DNA of 64,000 nucleotides from Candidatus Muproteobacteria bacterium (lineage in GTDB: Bacteria; Pseudomonadota; Gammaproteobacteria; Acidiferrobacterales; Sulfurifustaceae), in contig DAIDLH010000051.1 in assembly GCA_027449605.1 (NCBI GenBank), forward strand, positions 45,037 through 109,036. Direction: 5' to 3'. The first letter of the stretch is position 1. Every line of letters starts with the position of its first letter. The translations under genes were made by a program, and so were the position numbers. A model generated the notes under the pieces. That model did not search any database. It worked only from the letters and a program-made list of their open reading frames with translations, and had not been told where the DNA came from. This document shows positions 48,770 through 60,745 of this stretch, piece after piece.

Positions 48770-50173
48770 TTATTTCGTCCGATTGTATTTGTCTTCGAAC
48801 CGCACGATGTCGTCCTCGCCGAGGTAGCTTCCGGATTGCACCTCGACGATTTCGAGCGGTATGTTTCCCGGATTCTCCAGCCGGTGCGTCGTGCCGAGCG
48901 GAATATAGGTGGACTGATTTTCCGTGAGCATGAAAACCTCGTCTCCCTTCGTCACCCGCGCCGTCCCCTTGACCACGATCCAGTGCTCGGCGCGGTGGTG
49001 ATGCATCTGCAACGACAGCGCCGCACCGGGTTTGACCATCAGGCGCTTCACCTGAAACCGCGCTCCGGCGTCGACGCCTTCGTACCAACCCCAGGGCCGG
49101 TACACCCGGCGATGCGTCTGATACTCGCTGCGCTTCTCCTGCTTGAGGCGATTGACCACCTCTTTGACGTTCTGCGCATGGTCCTTGTGTGCGACCAGCA
49201 CGGCATCCGGCGTCTCCACGACGATGATATCGTCAAGTCCCACCGCCGCGAGAAACCGGTGTTGGGAAATAAGCAGGGCGTTCTGCGTATCATGCGTGAA
49301 AACGTCGCCCTGAACGACATTTCCTTGTTTGTCCCGCGCCGAGGCCTCCCACAGCGACGACCAGGCGCCGATGTCGGACCATCCGGCGTCGAGCGAAACC
49401 ACCGAGGCCTTATCGGTCTCTTCCATCACCGCGTAATCGATGGAGTTCGACTGGCAGCCGGCGAAGGCCTGGGCGTTGACGCGGTAGAATTCGCCGTCGC
49501 GCCGCCCCTGTTCGTACGCCGCCTTGCACGCCTCGAGCATCGCCGGATGGAACCGATTCAGTTCCTCCAGCCATGCGCCGGCCAGCATCATGAACATGCC
49601 GCTGTTCCAGAGATACTCGCCCGAATCCACGTAACCAACGGCGGTTTCCGTGTCCGGCTTTTCCACGAACGCCGCCACGTCGCTGCCGTCGCCTTTTTTG
49701 ATATAGCCGTATCCGGTTTCCGGCGCCGTCGGCACGATGCCGAAGGTGACCAGCTGTCCTCGCTCCGCCAGCACCGCACCCACTTTCACCGCGGAATGAA
49801 ATTCCTTCACGTCTTGTATGACGTGATCGGCCGGCATCACCAGCATCAATGCGTCGTCCGGCGCCGTCTTCATGAGCGTCAGCGCCGCCAGGGTCAGCGC
49901 CGGCGCGGTATTGCGTCCGACCGGCTCCAAGACGATGTCGGCCGGTTTTTTGCCCAGTTGACGCAACTGCTCGGCGATCAGGAAACGATGCTCTTCGTTG
50001 CACACCAGCAGCGGGTCGGCGACGTGCTCCATGCCGTCCAGACGCGCGACCGTCTGCTGCAGCAGCGTGCGTTCGCCCATGAGACTGAGCAGCTGCTTGG
50101 GATATTGCTCGCGCGAAAGCGGCCACAGTCGCGTGCCGGAGCCGCCGGACAGAATGACGGGGTTAATTCTCAT
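48770..50173 (-). CDS. manC: Mannose-1-phosphate guanylyltransferase / mannose-6-phosphate isomerase
   Basis: [48 protein letters not shown]. Confidence 0.96.
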   Translation of the reverse strand: MRINPVILSGGSGTRLWPLSREQYPKQLLSLMGERTLLQQTVARLDGMEHVADPLLVCNEEHRFLIAEQLRQLGKKPADIVLEPVGRNTAPALTLAALTLMKTAPDDALMLVMPADHVIQDVKEFHSAVKVGAVLAERGQLVTFGIVPTAPETGYGYIKKGDGSDVAAFVEKPDTETAVGYVDSGEYLWNSGMFMMLAGAWLEELNRFHPAMLEACKAAYEQGRRDGEFYRVNAQAFAGCQSNSIDYAVMEETDKASVVSLDAGWSDIGAWSSLWEASARDKQGNVVQGDVFTHDTQNALLISQHRFLAAVGLDDIIVVETPDAVLVAHKDHAQNVKEVVNRLKQEKRSEYQTHRRVYRPWGWYEGVDAGARFQVKRLMVKPGAALSLQMHHHRAEHWIVVKGTARVTKGDEVFMLTENQSTYIPLGTTHRLENPGNIPLEIVEVQSGSYLGEDDIVRFEDKYNRTK

Positions 50174-50209
50174 GACATGAAGATGTGTAATTATAGGGAA
50201 ACGGGATAT

Positions 50210-51220
50210 TCAGGCGATACCATAATAGGATTTGTACCACTCGACAAATCGGGCGATGCCGTGCTCCACGGACGTGCGCGGACGGAAACCCACGTCGTTT
50301 TCCAGGTTTTCCACGTTGGCGAAGGTCGCCGGCACATCGCCGTCCTGCATCGGCAGCATGTCCAGCCGCGCCTTCTTGCCCAGGCTTTTCTCCAGAACTT
50401 CGATATAGCGCATCAATTCCACCGGCTGATTGTTGCCGATATTATAGATACGGTACGGCGCGTAGCTTCGCGCCGGGTCCGGCTTATCGCCCGACCAGGC
50501 CGGATCGGGTTGCGCGGCATGGTCAATCGTCCGAACGACACCCTCGACGATATCGTCAATATACGTGAAGTCACGGACCATCTTCCCATTGTTGAATACC
50601 GGTATCGGCGTGCCTTCGATTATTCCCTTGGTGAATTTGAACAGCGCCATGTCCGGACGGCCCCACGGCCCGTAGACCGTGAAGAAGCGCAAACCCGTGC
50701 ACGGCAGTTTGTACAGATGCGCGTAGCTGTGCGCCATCAGTTCATTGGCTTTCTTGGTGGCGGCATAGAGCGACACGGGATGATCGACGTTGTCGTGCTC
50801 GGAAAACGGCAGCCTGGTGTTGGCGCCGTATACCGAACTCGAGGAAGCGAACACCAGATGCTTCACGCCGTTGCGCCGACAACCTTCCAGAATGTTGCCG
50901 AACCCGACCAGGTTGGCGTCAACATAAGCTTCGGGGTTAGTGATCGAATACCGCACGCCCGCCTGCGCCGCCAGGTGCATCGCGGCGTCGAACTTTTTCT
51001 CGTGAAAAAGCGAAGCCATCCCTTCGCGATCGACGATATCCAGCTTATGGAACTGGAACCGGGGATTCCCCATCGTGCGATCGAGGCGCGCCTGCTTCAG
51101 CCGCACGTCGTAATAGTCATTCATATTATCGATGCCGACCACCGCATCGCCCCGCTCCAGCAACCGGAGCGCCAGCGCGGAACCGATAAAACCGGCCGCC
51201 CCCGTGACGAGTATTTTCAT
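50210..51220 (-). CDS. UDP-glucuronate 4-epimerase-type extended SDR
   Basis: [52 protein letters not shown]. Confidence 0.88.
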   Translation of the reverse strand: MKILVTGAAGFIGSALALRLLERGDAVVGIDNMNDYYDVRLKQARLDRTMGNPRFQFHKLDIVDREGMASLFHEKKFDAAMHLAAQAGVRYSITNPEAYVDANLVGFGNILEGCRRNGVKHLVFASSSSVYGANTRLPFSEHDNVDHPVSLYAATKKANELMAHSYAHLYKLPCTGLRFFTVYGPWGRPDMALFKFTKGIIEGTPIPVFNNGKMVRDFTYIDDIVEGVVRTIDHAAQPDPAWSGDKPDPARSYAPYRIYNIGNNQPVELMRYIEVLEKSLGKKARLDMLPMQDGDVPATFANVENLENDVGFRPRTSVEHGIARFVEWYKSYYGIA

Positions 51221-51258
51221 TTTTCGTGAATTCCTATCGTTAGATGTCGATATTCTGA

Positions 51259-51293
51259 CACGCTACCGCCATGCAGAACATTGCAGTTCCGCA
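51259..51293 (-). promoter_or_regulatory. ops element with an upstream hairpin (JUMPstart-like)
   Basis: Minus strand reads TGCGGAAC-TGCAAT-GTTCTGCA-T-GGCGGTAGCGTG; the ops 12-mer (51270-51259) lies 38 nt before the ATG at 51220. Confidence 0.88.
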
Positions 51294-51355
51294 CAATTTT
51301 ACGGCGTCCAACCCCTGCCCCGGGCGGAATCGCCCGACTCCTGGCCCGGCCGAAC

Positions 51356-51958
51356 TTACTCGAGCCGCAGAATATCCGGAACCAGCACCCGTTCCTTGTC
51401 GATTTCCTTGATTAGCTGCTTGTAGCTGATCAGAGGTGAATTCAGTTCCGTCAACACACAGACATCGAAGGGCTCGGCCTGACCCAAATTCCGCCATACC
51501 GGCAAGCCGGCAAACCGGCGGCGCTCGGTATGCGGGTCCAGGATTCCGACGATCACGACGTTTCGGTCCTGTACCCGCAGCGTCGCAATTTCTGCGAGGT
51601 CCGAGGATCCGTAAAGCAGCACTCTGCGCCAGCCCCGGGCCTCGCATTCATGGAATACATTCATGCAGGAATCGCCCGCCTTGCGATAAAAGGCGAACGA
51701 TGAAGACAGGTATTTGGCCGTGAGCCGGCTTTTTTCGGAGAACCCTTTTGGCGTCAGGTAATAGAGATAGCGGTTGGCGGGCGCCTCGCTGATCTTGATA
51801 AAGCCCTTGCGGATGCAGCGCTTGAGATAGGAATTGGCGAGCCCCAGGGCGATGCCCATGTCGCTCGCCAGATGGCGCTGACTGACGTTGCTTTGCTTGC
51901 CGACGGCGTCCAGCAGTTCCAGAACCAGATGTTCTTCCCTGTCGCCTCTTGTGTTCAT
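51356..51958 (-). CDS. Winged-HTH (MarR/EPS-associated) regulator with a C-terminal Rossmann-like domain
   Basis: SQRHLASDMGIALGLANSYLKRCIRKG, YLYYLTPKGFSEKSRLT; C-terminal RVLLYGSSDLAE. Confidence 0.82.
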   Translation of the reverse strand: MNTRGDREEHLVLELLDAVGKQSNVSQRHLASDMGIALGLANSYLKRCIRKGFIKISEAPANRYLYYLTPKGFSEKSRLTAKYLSSSFAFYRKAGDSCMNVFHECEARGWRRVLLYGSSDLAEIATLRVQDRNVVIVGILDPHTERRRFAGLPVWRNLGQAEPFDVCVLTELNSPLISYKQLIKEIDKERVLVPDILRLE

Positions 51959-51994
51959 ACTATGAACACTATATCCCCCCGACCGTCCGGTCAA
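51951..51994 (-). promoter_or_regulatory. Putative sigma70 promoter with an overlapping 8-3-8 operator palindrome
   Basis: TTGACC (51994-51989), N17, TAGTGT (51971-51966), N7, ATG; GTGTTCAT-ACT-ATGAACAC at 51951-51969. Confidence 0.65.
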
Positions 51995-52010
51995 GAATTT
52001 TCAGCCGTTT

Positions 52011-52535
52011 TCAGGCGGGTTCTATCGAGGCGCTGTCGACGCTGGCGCGAGCGTCCCGGCCGAGGATATCGAGCAGCACGGTAACGCGGTCGCGGCCGCC
52101 GGCCGCCTGAAAAATACCTTCGTAGCCGGCGAAACTTCCCTGGGTGATCCGCACCCGGCTGCCCGGCTTGTATTCCTCGACCGGCAGAATCTGGATGCCC
52201 TGCGCATCCTCGCGCGAGCGCAGCGCCGCGATCAGGCTGTCCGGGACGCGCGCCGCATCGCGGCCGAACCGCACGATGGAGACGACCCCCAGCGTGGAAC
52301 GGATCGGAGCCCAGTTGTCGGTCTGGCTGCTCAGATGGACGAACAGATAGCGGGGGAACATCGGCGCGATGACGGTGGTGCGCCGGCCCTGGCGGCGACG
52401 CGCCTCGCGCATGAACGGCAGATAAGTTTCGTAACTCTGGCGGACGAGGTTCTCCCTGGCGACGGTTTCCTGCCGTGGCTTGCAGTAGACCAGATACCAG
52501 CTGCGTGAGTCGATCTTGCTTTTTGCCTCGCTCAA
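52011..52535 (-). CDS. rfaH: Transcription/translation antiterminator RfaH
   Basis: WYLVYCKPRQE...ENL.RQ, PMFPRYLFV, IRSTLGV, KOW motif VRITQGSFAGYEGIF; probable TTG start at 52535. Confidence 0.9.
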   Translation of the reverse strand: MSEAKSKIDSRSWYLVYCKPRQETVARENLVRQSYETYLPFMREARRRQGRRTTVIAPMFPRYLFVHLSSQTDNWAPIRSTLGVVSIVRFGRDAARVPDSLIAALRSREDAQGIQILPVEEYKPGSRVRITQGSFAGYEGIFQAAGGRDRVTVLLDILGRDARASVDSASIEPA

Positions 52536-52542
52536 TTCGGGA

Positions 52543-53844
<1,302 letters not shown>

Positions 53845-53882
53845 GCGTTATTGCTATTCGTTGTGATGATTTTAAAACCCGT

Positions 53883-54896
53883 TTACAAACCGGGGGCGAC
53901 GCCTTCCTTGCCGGCCAGACGGTCAATGTACCGGCCCACCCCCTCTTCCACGGTGAGGAAGGGCTTTTTGTACCCCGCGCGGCGCAACGCCGCGATGTCC
54001 GCCTGGGTGAAACTCTGATACTTGCCCTTCAGAGCCTCGGGGAAATTGATGTAGACAATCTGCCCGTCTTTTTGGAGGGTTTTGAGGTCGGCCGGCGTCT
54101 TGCCGGACCGGCGCCGGAAGCTGTTGATCACCGCCGCCGCCACGTCGTTGAAGGGCTGGGCGCGGCCGGTCCCGACGTTGAAAATCCCGCTCTTCTGCGG
54201 GTGTTCCAGAAAAAACAGGTTCACCGCCGCCACGTCTTCGACGGAAATGAAATCCCGCCGCTGCTCGCCGTTGCCGTAGCCGTCGCTGCCCTCGAACAAT
54301 TTCACCTTGCCGGATTCGCGGAACTGGTTGAAGTGATGGAACGCCACCGAGGCCATGCGGCCCTTGTGCTGCTCGCGGTCGCCGTACACGTTGAAATAAC
54401 GGAAGCCGACGATCTGCGCCGTCCGCTTCGAAAACATGCGGCGCACGTATTGATCGAACAGCCATTTGGAGTAGCCATAGACATTCAGCGGCGCTTCATG
54501 CTCGCGCGATTCGCGGAAAACCTTGCCCGCCCCGTAAACCGCCGCCGACGAGGCATAGAGATAGGGAATGCGCCGGGCTTGGCAGTAATGCAGCAACGTC
54601 TTGGAGTATTCGTAATTGTTGCCCATCATGTAGACGCCGTTGTGCTCCATGGTGTCGGAACACGCGCCTTCATGCAGAATCGCCTTGAACTTCTTCCTGA
54701 ATTCGCCGCCGCCGATCCGGTCGATGAAATCGCGCTTGTCGAGGTAATCCGCGATTTCGCAGTCGACCAGGTTGCGGAACTTGTCGCCATGCTCGAGATC
54801 GTCGACGACGAGAATGTCCTTCTCGCCGCGCTCGTTGAGCGCCTTGACCAGATTGGCGCCGATGAAACCCGCTCCACCCGTGACGACGTACATCAT
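53883..54896 (-). CDS. rfaD: ADP-L-glycero-D-manno-heptose 6-epimerase
   Basis: [50 protein letters not shown]. Confidence 0.95.
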   Translation of the reverse strand: MMYVVTGGAGFIGANLVKALNERGEKDILVVDDLEHGDKFRNLVDCEIADYLDKRDFIDRIGGGEFRKKFKAILHEGACSDTMEHNGVYMMGNNYEYSKTLLHYCQARRIPYLYASSAAVYGAGKVFRESREHEAPLNVYGYSKWLFDQYVRRMFSKRTAQIVGFRYFNVYGDREQHKGRMASVAFHHFNQFRESGKVKLFEGSDGYGNGEQRRDFISVEDVAAVNLFFLEHPQKSGIFNVGTGRAQPFNDVAAAVINSFRRRSGKTPADLKTLQKDGQIVYINFPEALKGKYQSFTQADIAALRRAGYKKPFLTVEEGVGRYIDRLAGKEGVAPGL

Positions 54897-55846
54897 CCCT
54901 CCAGTTCGTGCATGATTTCCGCGGGGCTCGCGGTCGCCGCGCCCAGCTTGCCGACGACGATGCCGGCGGCCACGTTGGCCAGATGCACCGCGTCTTCCAG
55001 TCCGCCGCCGACGGCCCAGGCGCAACCGATGGCGGCAATCACCGTGTCGCCGGCGCCGGTCACGTCGAATACTTCCCGGGCGCGCGCTTTGACATGCAGC
55101 ACCTGTCCGCTCCGCTGCACGAGACTCATGCCATCCTCGCCGCGCGTCACCAGTATGCCGCCCAGGTCGAGATCCTGAACCAGTTTCGCGGCCCGGCGTT
55201 CGAGGTCGGCGTTATCGCGAAAGCGGCCGGCGACCTGCTCGAATTCCTTGCGGTTCGGCGTGATCAGGCTTGCGCCGCGGTAGCCGCTGTAGTCGTCGCC
55301 CTTGGGGTCGATCACCACCGGGCGGGACGCGGCGCGCGCCGCCTGGATCATCTCCTGGATGTAACCCAGCCCGCCCTTGCCGTAATCCGAGACGATCACG
55401 GCGTCGTATTCCGGAAGATGCTTGAGGTAGTCATCGAGCAGTTTAACGCGCGCGTCCTTGCTCTCGGGGCAGTCGAAATCGATGCGCAGCATTTGCTGGT
55501 GCAGATGCTTGGAAATGACGCGCAACTTGACGGTGGTATTCAGCAACCTGTCCCGCTCGAGGCGGCAGTGGATGCCATCCTTGCCCAGGAGCCGCTCGAG
55601 GCTGTCCGCCTCACGGTCATCGCCGCAGATGGAAAACAAGGCGCAGTTCGCGCCCAACGCCCGCACGCTGCGCGCCACGTTGGCGGCGCCGCCCGGAAGT
55701 TCCTCCACTTTCTTGACCGCCACAACGGGCACCGGCGCTTCGGGAGAGATGCGCTCGACGTCGCCGTACCAGTAACGGTCCAGCATGGCGTCTCCCACCA
55801 CCAGCACTTTGGCGCGGGTGATTTTTTCAAGCAGTTGCGGCAGCAC
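54893..55846 (-). CDS. rfaE1: D-glycero-beta-D-manno-heptose-7-phosphate kinase (stand-alone HldA)
   Basis: [10 protein letters not shown]...[30 protein letters not shown]. Confidence 0.93.
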   Translation of the reverse strand: MLPQLLEKITRAKVLVVGDAMLDRYWYGDVERISPEAPVPVVAVKKVEELPGGAANVARSVRALGANCALFSICGDDREADSLERLLGKDGIHCRLERDRLLNTTVKLRVISKHLHQQMLRIDFDCPESKDARVKLLDDYLKHLPEYDAVIVSDYGKGGLGYIQEMIQAARAASRPVVIDPKGDDYSGYRGASLITPNRKEFEQVAGRFRDNADLERRAAKLVQDLDLGGILVTRGEDGMSLVQRSGQVLHVKARAREVFDVTGAGDTVIAAIGCAWAVGGGLEDAVHLANVAAGIVVGKLGAATASPAEIMHELEG

Positions 55847-55934
55847 TTTGTTTAATTATCCTGATTCGGCGTATCGCGGACGGCTATTATCCGGGCATTT
55901 CCCGTCACTGTCGATTGGCGGCGCATGGGGCGGA

Positions 55935-56636
55935 TCAGGCGCTTTCGATTTCCCGATTGATGGCCGCGAGCGCCGCCACCGGGTCCGGCGCGCGCGTGAT
56001 CGGGCGGCCGATCACCAGGTAATCCGAACCGTCGCCCAGGGCCTCGGCCGGCGTGCGCGTGCGGCTCTGATCATCGGCCGCGGCGCCGGCCGGCCGCACG
56101 CCGGGCGTGACCAGCAGAAAGTCGCGGCCGAAGCGCCGGCGCAGTTCCACGGTTTCCCGGGGCGAACAGACGACGCCATCCAGCCCGGCCGCATGCACGA
56201 GCGTCGCCAGACGCGCGACGTGTCCTGCCGCGCCGGGTCCCCAGCCGATGTCGGCCAGATCGTCCTCGCCGTGGCTGGTCAGCAGCGTGACGCCGACGAG
56301 GAAAGGACGATGCTTCGAACGTTCGACCGCTTCGCGCGCCGCCAGCAGCATTTTCTTCCCGCCCAGGGCGTGCACGTTCAGCATCCACACGCCCAGCTCC
56401 GCCGCCTGGGTGCAGGCGCGCGCCACCGTGGTGGGAATATCGTGATATTTGAGGTCGAGAAACACGTCGAAGCCGCGGGATACGAGGCCCGAAACCACGC
56501 CGGGACCGGCCGCGGTGAACAGCTCCATGCCGACCTTGAGCCGGCAGTGCGCGGGCGCGACGCGCGCGGCGAAGGCGAGCGCGGAATCGGCGTCGGGATA
56601 ATCGAGGGCGACGATGACGCGCGGATCCGCCATCAT
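55935..56636 (-). CDS. pyrF: Orotidine-5'-phosphate decarboxylase
   Basis: [34 protein letters not shown]. Confidence 0.95.
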   Translation of the reverse strand: MMADPRVIVALDYPDADSALAFAARVAPAHCRLKVGMELFTAAGPGVVSGLVSRGFDVFLDLKYHDIPTTVARACTQAAELGVWMLNVHALGGKKMLLAAREAVERSKHRPFLVGVTLLTSHGEDDLADIGWGPGAAGHVARLATLVHAAGLDGVVCSPRETVELRRRFGRDFLLVTPGVRPAGAAADDQSRTRTPAEALGDGSDYLVIGRPITRAPDPVAALAAINREIESA

Positions 56637-57793
56637 TCCTCCCGCACCGGCTTGATGGTGTTCCAGCGGTTGCAGCCCGGACACAGCCAGTGCAGGGTCT
56701 TGCCCTTGAAGCCGCACTGGCCGCAGGCATAGCCGAGATGCTGCGCGCGCAAGTCTTCGATGATGCCCTTCAGCAACAGCAGATCGTTGCGCCCCGAATC
56801 GGGCGCCTTGACCAGATTGAGTTCCAGCAGCTTGTGCAATCCATGGACGTTGGGCGCGCGCCGCAGCCAGTCGACGATGAATTTCTCCGCCGCCGGCACG
56901 CCGTCACGATGACTGATGACATCCGCGAACGCGAGCGCCAGCGACACCCCGCCGTGCCGCTGCAGCGCGTCCCGGAAATAATCGTAGAGGCCCTGTTCGT
57001 CGTTCATCTGCTTGTAAGCCTCGGCGATCCTTCCCGCCACCTCGCCGAGATAATGCATGTCCTGTTCCTCAACCCGGCACCAGTACCCGATCGCGTCGCG
57101 GAACTTTCCTTCCTGTGCCGCGATGTCGCCGAGCAGCATGCTGGCGCGCACGCATTTGTCGTCGGACGCCAGCGCGCGCTTCAGGTGTTCGCGGGCGCCG
57201 GCGTAGTTCCTGTGCGCGTAATCCTGGTCCGCCAGCTCGCAATAGAACTGTGCGATCGTGTCATCCATGTTCCTGCCCGAGACGCGCGCCAGCCGGCGCG
57301 TGATCGAGATCGCCTTCTCCCACTCCTTTTCCTGCTGGTAGATGTGCAGCAGCAGCTTCAGCACCTGTTCGCTGTGCACGCGGATTTCGGCCAGCTCGAG
57401 AAACAGATTTTCGGCGCGATCGAACAGGCCGGCCTTGAGATAATCCTGTCCCAGCTCCAGCAGCGCCTGGCTGCGCTGCTCCCGGTCGAGCGTCGGCCGG
57501 GCGATGAGGTTCTGGTGGATGCGGATGGCGCGCTCGACCTCGCCGCGGCGGCGGAACAGGTTGCCCAGCGCCAGGTGCGTTTCGACGGTGTCCGAATTGA
57601 CTTCCAGCACGCGTATGAAAACTTCGATCGCCTTGTCCGGCTGTTCGTTCAGCAGGAAGTTGAGGCCCTTGAAATACGCCGACGGCAGATCGAGCGATTG
57701 CCGGGCGTGACGTTTCTGTTCGAACCGGGCCGCGAGCCACCCGGAAGCGGCGGCCAGGGGCAACAGCAGCCACAACAGATCGGTGGCGTTCAT
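56633..57793 (-). CDS. lapB: LPS assembly protein B (TPR repeats plus rubredoxin domain)
   Basis: N-terminal [18 protein letters not shown], TPRs, C..CGF...W.CPGC..W. Confidence 0.95.
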   Translation of the reverse strand: MNATDLLWLLLPLAAASGWLAARFEQKRHARQSLDLPSAYFKGLNFLLNEQPDKAIEVFIRVLEVNSDTVETHLALGNLFRRRGEVERAIRIHQNLIARPTLDREQRSQALLELGQDYLKAGLFDRAENLFLELAEIRVHSEQVLKLLLHIYQQEKEWEKAISITRRLARVSGRNMDDTIAQFYCELADQDYAHRNYAGAREHLKRALASDDKCVRASMLLGDIAAQEGKFRDAIGYWCRVEEQDMHYLGEVAGRIAEAYKQMNDEQGLYDYFRDALQRHGGVSLALAFADVISHRDGVPAAEKFIVDWLRRAPNVHGLHKLLELNLVKAPDSGRNDLLLLKGIIEDLRAQHLGYACGQCGFKGKTLHWLCPGCNRWNTIKPVREE

Positions 57794-57822
57794 TAGGGAA
57801 GTGCTGATTTATATGACCATCT

Positions 57823-57904
57823 GCCGCAAAGACGCGAAGGACGCAAAGAAAAGCTCATGAGAATAAAACACGAGAAATCTTCGCGCTCTTTGCGCCTTTG
57901 CGGC
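57823..57904. repeat. Inverted-repeat element built of CGC(A/G)AAG units, copy 1
   Basis: GCCGCAAAGACGCGAAGGACGCAAAG ... CTTCGCGCTCTTTGCGCCTTTGCGGC between lapA and lapB. Confidence 0.8.
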
Positions 57905-57928
57905 AAAAACTCATAAATCGGAAATTTC

Positions 57929-58225
57929 TTAAATGACATCTTTAATCGGCAGCGAGCGCAGATTGACGACTTCCTGCTCGATGTGACGGATTTCCTTGCG
58001 CGCCTGAACCAGTTGCCGCTGCATCCGTACCACGGTGCGCAGACTCGCGAGGTATCCGGCCACCACGCCAAACGCGAAGGCAGTCAGCAACGCCAGCGAC
58101 AAAGGTCCGGTCCACTTCAGACCGAAGTAATAACTCAGATCCACCATCTGCCGGTTCTGCACGGCGAACGCGATGCCGATGAGCAGGACGAGAATCGCCA
58201 GAATCGTGTAGAAAATCCGCTTCAT
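57929..58225 (-). CDS. lapA: LPS assembly protein A
   Basis: Two TM segments, FAVQN, LSYYFG, C-terminal coiled coil; directly upstream of lapB. Confidence 0.85.
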   Translation of the reverse strand: MKRIFYTILAILVLLIGIAFAVQNRQMVDLSYYFGLKWTGPLSLALLTAFAFGVVAGYLASLRTVVRMQRQLVQARKEIRHIEQEVVNLRSLPIKDVI

Positions 58226-58310
58226 GGGGCCTCCTATGTTGCCAGCACCGTACCCGCGCCAAAATGAGGCGGTTGACTTGGCTTAGATGCCTCTAATCAA
58301 AATGAAATTT

Positions 58311-58396
58311 CACCGCAAAGGCGCGAAGGACGCAAAGAAAACTTGGGAAGCAGAAGCATCCGACCGTTCCTTTGCGCTCTTTGCGTCTTTGCGGTG
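58311..58396. repeat. Inverted-repeat element built of CGC(A/G)AAG units, copy 2
   Basis: CACCGCAAAGGCGCGAAGGACGCAAAG ... CTTTGCGCTCTTTGCGTCTTTGCGGTG between ihfB and lapA. Confidence 0.8.
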
Positions 58397-58487
58397 AGCA
58401 TTTTGTTATAGCTTCTTATCTTTGGCCATAAAAAAACGACATGGGTCACCCGCATGCCGTTTCCTGTCCCGCGCAAAGCGAAAGCGC

Positions 58488-58775
58488 CTACTCCGTGCCG
58501 TTGTTGACGCGCTCCCTCAGTTCCTTGCCGGGTTTGAAATGGGGAACAAACTTGTCCGGAACCTGCACCGCGGCGCCGGTCTTGGGATTGCGGCCGGTGC
58601 GCGGCGGACGGTAGTGCAGGGAAAAACTGCCGAAACCGCGGACCTCGATGCGGTCGCCCGAGGACAGGGCGCCGGACATCTGCTCCAGCAGCTCCTTGAC
58701 CGCCAGCTCCACGTCCCGGTAATCCAGCTGCGGCTGCTTGGCCGCCAGCAGGCTGATCAGTTCAGATTTCGTCAT
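58488..58775 (-). CDS. ihfB: Integration host factor beta
   Basis: [45 protein letters not shown]. Confidence 0.97.
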   Translation of the reverse strand: MTKSELISLLAAKQPQLDYRDVELAVKELLEQMSGALSSGDRIEVRGFGSFSLHYRPPRTGRNPKTGAAVQVPDKFVPHFKPGKELRERVNNGTE

Positions 58776-58824
58776 AGTCACTCTACCTATAGAAAATAAG
58801 TAGAAAGATTTCAAGCAGTTTCAC

Positions 58825-58930
58825 GGGGTTTGACCAAAAATATTCCGGTCAAAACCCCCCTTGCCTGCAGCGCCAAAATCGCCGTACCCGCTACCCGGCC
58901 CGGGAAACCCTCCGGTCTCCGGACCGGAGG
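58825..58930 (-). terminator. Two stem-loops downstream of rpsA (possible terminator or processing site)
   Basis: CCTCCGGTC-TCCG-GACCGGAGG (58909-58930) and GGGGTTTGACC...GGTCAAAACCCC (58825-58858); weak U-tracts. Confidence 0.4.
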
Positions 58931-58939
58931 CGCCGGACG

Positions 58940-60625
58940 CTAGGTGTCGGAACTGTCGTGGCCGCCCAGCTTTTCCTTGAGCTTGTCGCCCAGCGACGAG
59001 GTGGCGGCACCGCCCTTGCGGGCGTATTCCTGCACCGCCTCGTTTTCCTCCTCCATGTCCTTGGCGCGGATGGAAAGCGAGATCTTGCGGTTCTTGCGGT
59101 CGATGGTGGTGATCTTGGCTTCGACGCTGTCGCCGTCCTTGAGCACCGAACGCGCGTCTTCGATGCGGTCGCGCGCGATTTCGGAGGCGCGCAAATAACC
59201 TTCTATCTCGTCCCCGAGTTTGACGACCGCGCCCTTGGCCTCGACGCTCGTCACCGTGCCCTTCACGATCGAGCCCTTGCCGTGGGCCGTGACAAAGCTC
59301 GCGAACGGGTCGCCTTCCAGTTGTTTGACGCCGAGTGAAATGCGCTCACGTTCGGGGTCGACCGCGAGGATCATGGCCTCGATCTCGTCGCCCTTCTTGT
59401 AATTGCGCACCGCTTCCTCGCCCGGCATGGCCCAGGACAGATCGGACAGGTGGATCAGGCCGTCGATGCCGCCTTCCAGGCCGACGAAGATGCCGAAGTC
59501 GGTGATCGACTTGATCTTGCCGCTGATCTTGTCGTTCTTGTTATGGTTGGCGGCGAACTCTTCCCACGGATTCGGCTGGCACTGTTTCATGCCCAGCGAA
59601 ATGCGGCGGCGCTCGGTGTCGATGTCGAGGATCATCACCTCGACCTCGTCGCCCAGTTGCACGACCTTGGTCGGATGGATGTTCTTGTTGGTCCAGTCCA
59701 TCTCGGACACGTGCACCAGGCCTTCGACGCCCGGTTCGATTTCCACGAACGCGCCGTAGTCGGTGATGTTGGTGACCTTGCCGAACAGACGCGTGCCTTC
59801 CGGATAACGGCGCTGGATGTCGACCCACGGATCGTCGCCGAGCTGCTTGAGGCCGAGCGAGACGCGGTTGCGTTCGCGGTCGTAGCGCAGCACCTTGGCT
59901 TCGATCTCGTCGCCGATCTTCAGTACTTCGCTCGGATGCTTGACGCGCTTCCACGCCAGGTCGGTGATGTGCAGCAGGCCGTCGATGCCGCCGAGGTCGA
60001 TGAACGCGCCGTAATCGGTGAGGTTCTTGACCACGCCCTTGACGGTTTGGCCCTCTTCCAGGCCCGAAAGCAGCGCTTCGCGTTCAGCGGAAATTTCTTT
60101 CTCGACCACGGCGCGGCGCGAAACCACCACGTTGTTGCGCTTGCGGTCGATCTTGATGACCTTGAATTCGAGTTCCTTGCCTTCGAGATAGCTCGGGTCA
60201 CGCACCGGGCGGACGTCGACGAGGGAACTGGGGAGGAACGCGCGGATGGTGTTCATGGCGACGGTGTAGCCGCCCTTCACCTTACCGGTCATGACGCCGG
60301 TGACGATGGTCTGCGCTTCGAAGGCTTTCTCCAGATCTTCCCAGGCCTTGGCGCGGCAGGCCTTCTCGCGCGACAGACGGGTTTCGCCGGAACCGTCTTC
60401 CAGCATTTCGATCACGACTTCCACCATGTCGCCGACCTTGACGGTGACTTCGCCGCGGCCGTCCTGGAATTCGGCGACCGGGATCACGGCTTCGGACTTG
60501 AGTCCGGCGTTGACCACCACTACGTTGTCGTCCACGTGCACCACTTCGCCGGTGATCAGCTCGCCGGATTGCAGGTGGATTTTATTCAGGCTCTCTTCGA
60601 ATAGTTGCGCGAAACTTTCAGTCAT
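58940..60625 (-). CDS. rpsA: 30S ribosomal protein S1
   Basis: [12 protein letters not shown] and six S1 repeats (e.g. [25 protein letters not shown]). Confidence 0.98.
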   Translation of the reverse strand: MTESFAQLFEESLNKIHLQSGELITGEVVHVDDNVVVVNAGLKSEAVIPVAEFQDGRGEVTVKVGDMVEVVIEMLEDGSGETRLSREKACRAKAWEDLEKAFEAQTIVTGVMTGKVKGGYTVAMNTIRAFLPSSLVDVRPVRDPSYLEGKELEFKVIKIDRKRNNVVVSRRAVVEKEISAEREALLSGLEEGQTVKGVVKNLTDYGAFIDLGGIDGLLHITDLAWKRVKHPSEVLKIGDEIEAKVLRYDRERNRVSLGLKQLGDDPWVDIQRRYPEGTRLFGKVTNITDYGAFVEIEPGVEGLVHVSEMDWTNKNIHPTKVVQLGDEVEVMILDIDTERRRISLGMKQCQPNPWEEFAANHNKNDKISGKIKSITDFGIFVGLEGGIDGLIHLSDLSWAMPGEEAVRNYKKGDEIEAMILAVDPERERISLGVKQLEGDPFASFVTAHGKGSIVKGTVTSVEAKGAVVKLGDEIEGYLRASEIARDRIEDARSVLKDGDSVEAKITTIDRKNRKISLSIRAKDMEEENEAVQEYARKGGAATSSLGDKLKEKLGGHDSSDT

Positions 60626-60745
60626 AAAGGTTTAGTTGGTTCCCATCGCCGGGCCCCCTGTCGGGACGCATCGCGGCGCACAGTTACTCGGGTCAGGTTG
60701 TAAAAGAGATCGCGGCGTCCTCTTCGATGCGCTGAAGAAGCGTGG

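Noticed and set aside
47649-49088. 479-aa N-terminally extended Gmd, and similar extensions of the ALS-like, RfaH, RfaD, PyrF and GT2 ORFs
   Set aside because: The extensions overlap upstream genes; family-typical starts, often with stop/start overlaps, lie downstream. They are not fusions.
48761-51229. 822-aa plus-strand ORF, and similar long plus-strand ORFs (40171-41244, 52675-53784, 54072-55178, 56690-57796, 59450-60604, 61438-62673)
   Set aside because: Antisense shadows of well-supported minus-strand genes, caused by GC-rich codon bias; no recognisable motifs.
51294-51355. Separate promoter just upstream of the ops hairpin (TAAAAT on the minus strand)
   Set aside because: No plausible -35 at 16-18 nt spacing and no extended -10; cannot be supported from sequence alone.
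57823-58396. CRISPR array from the repeated CGCAAAG units
   Set aside because: Arms are inverted, there are only two elements about 400 bp apart with a gene between them, and there is no regular repeat-spacer period or cas gene.
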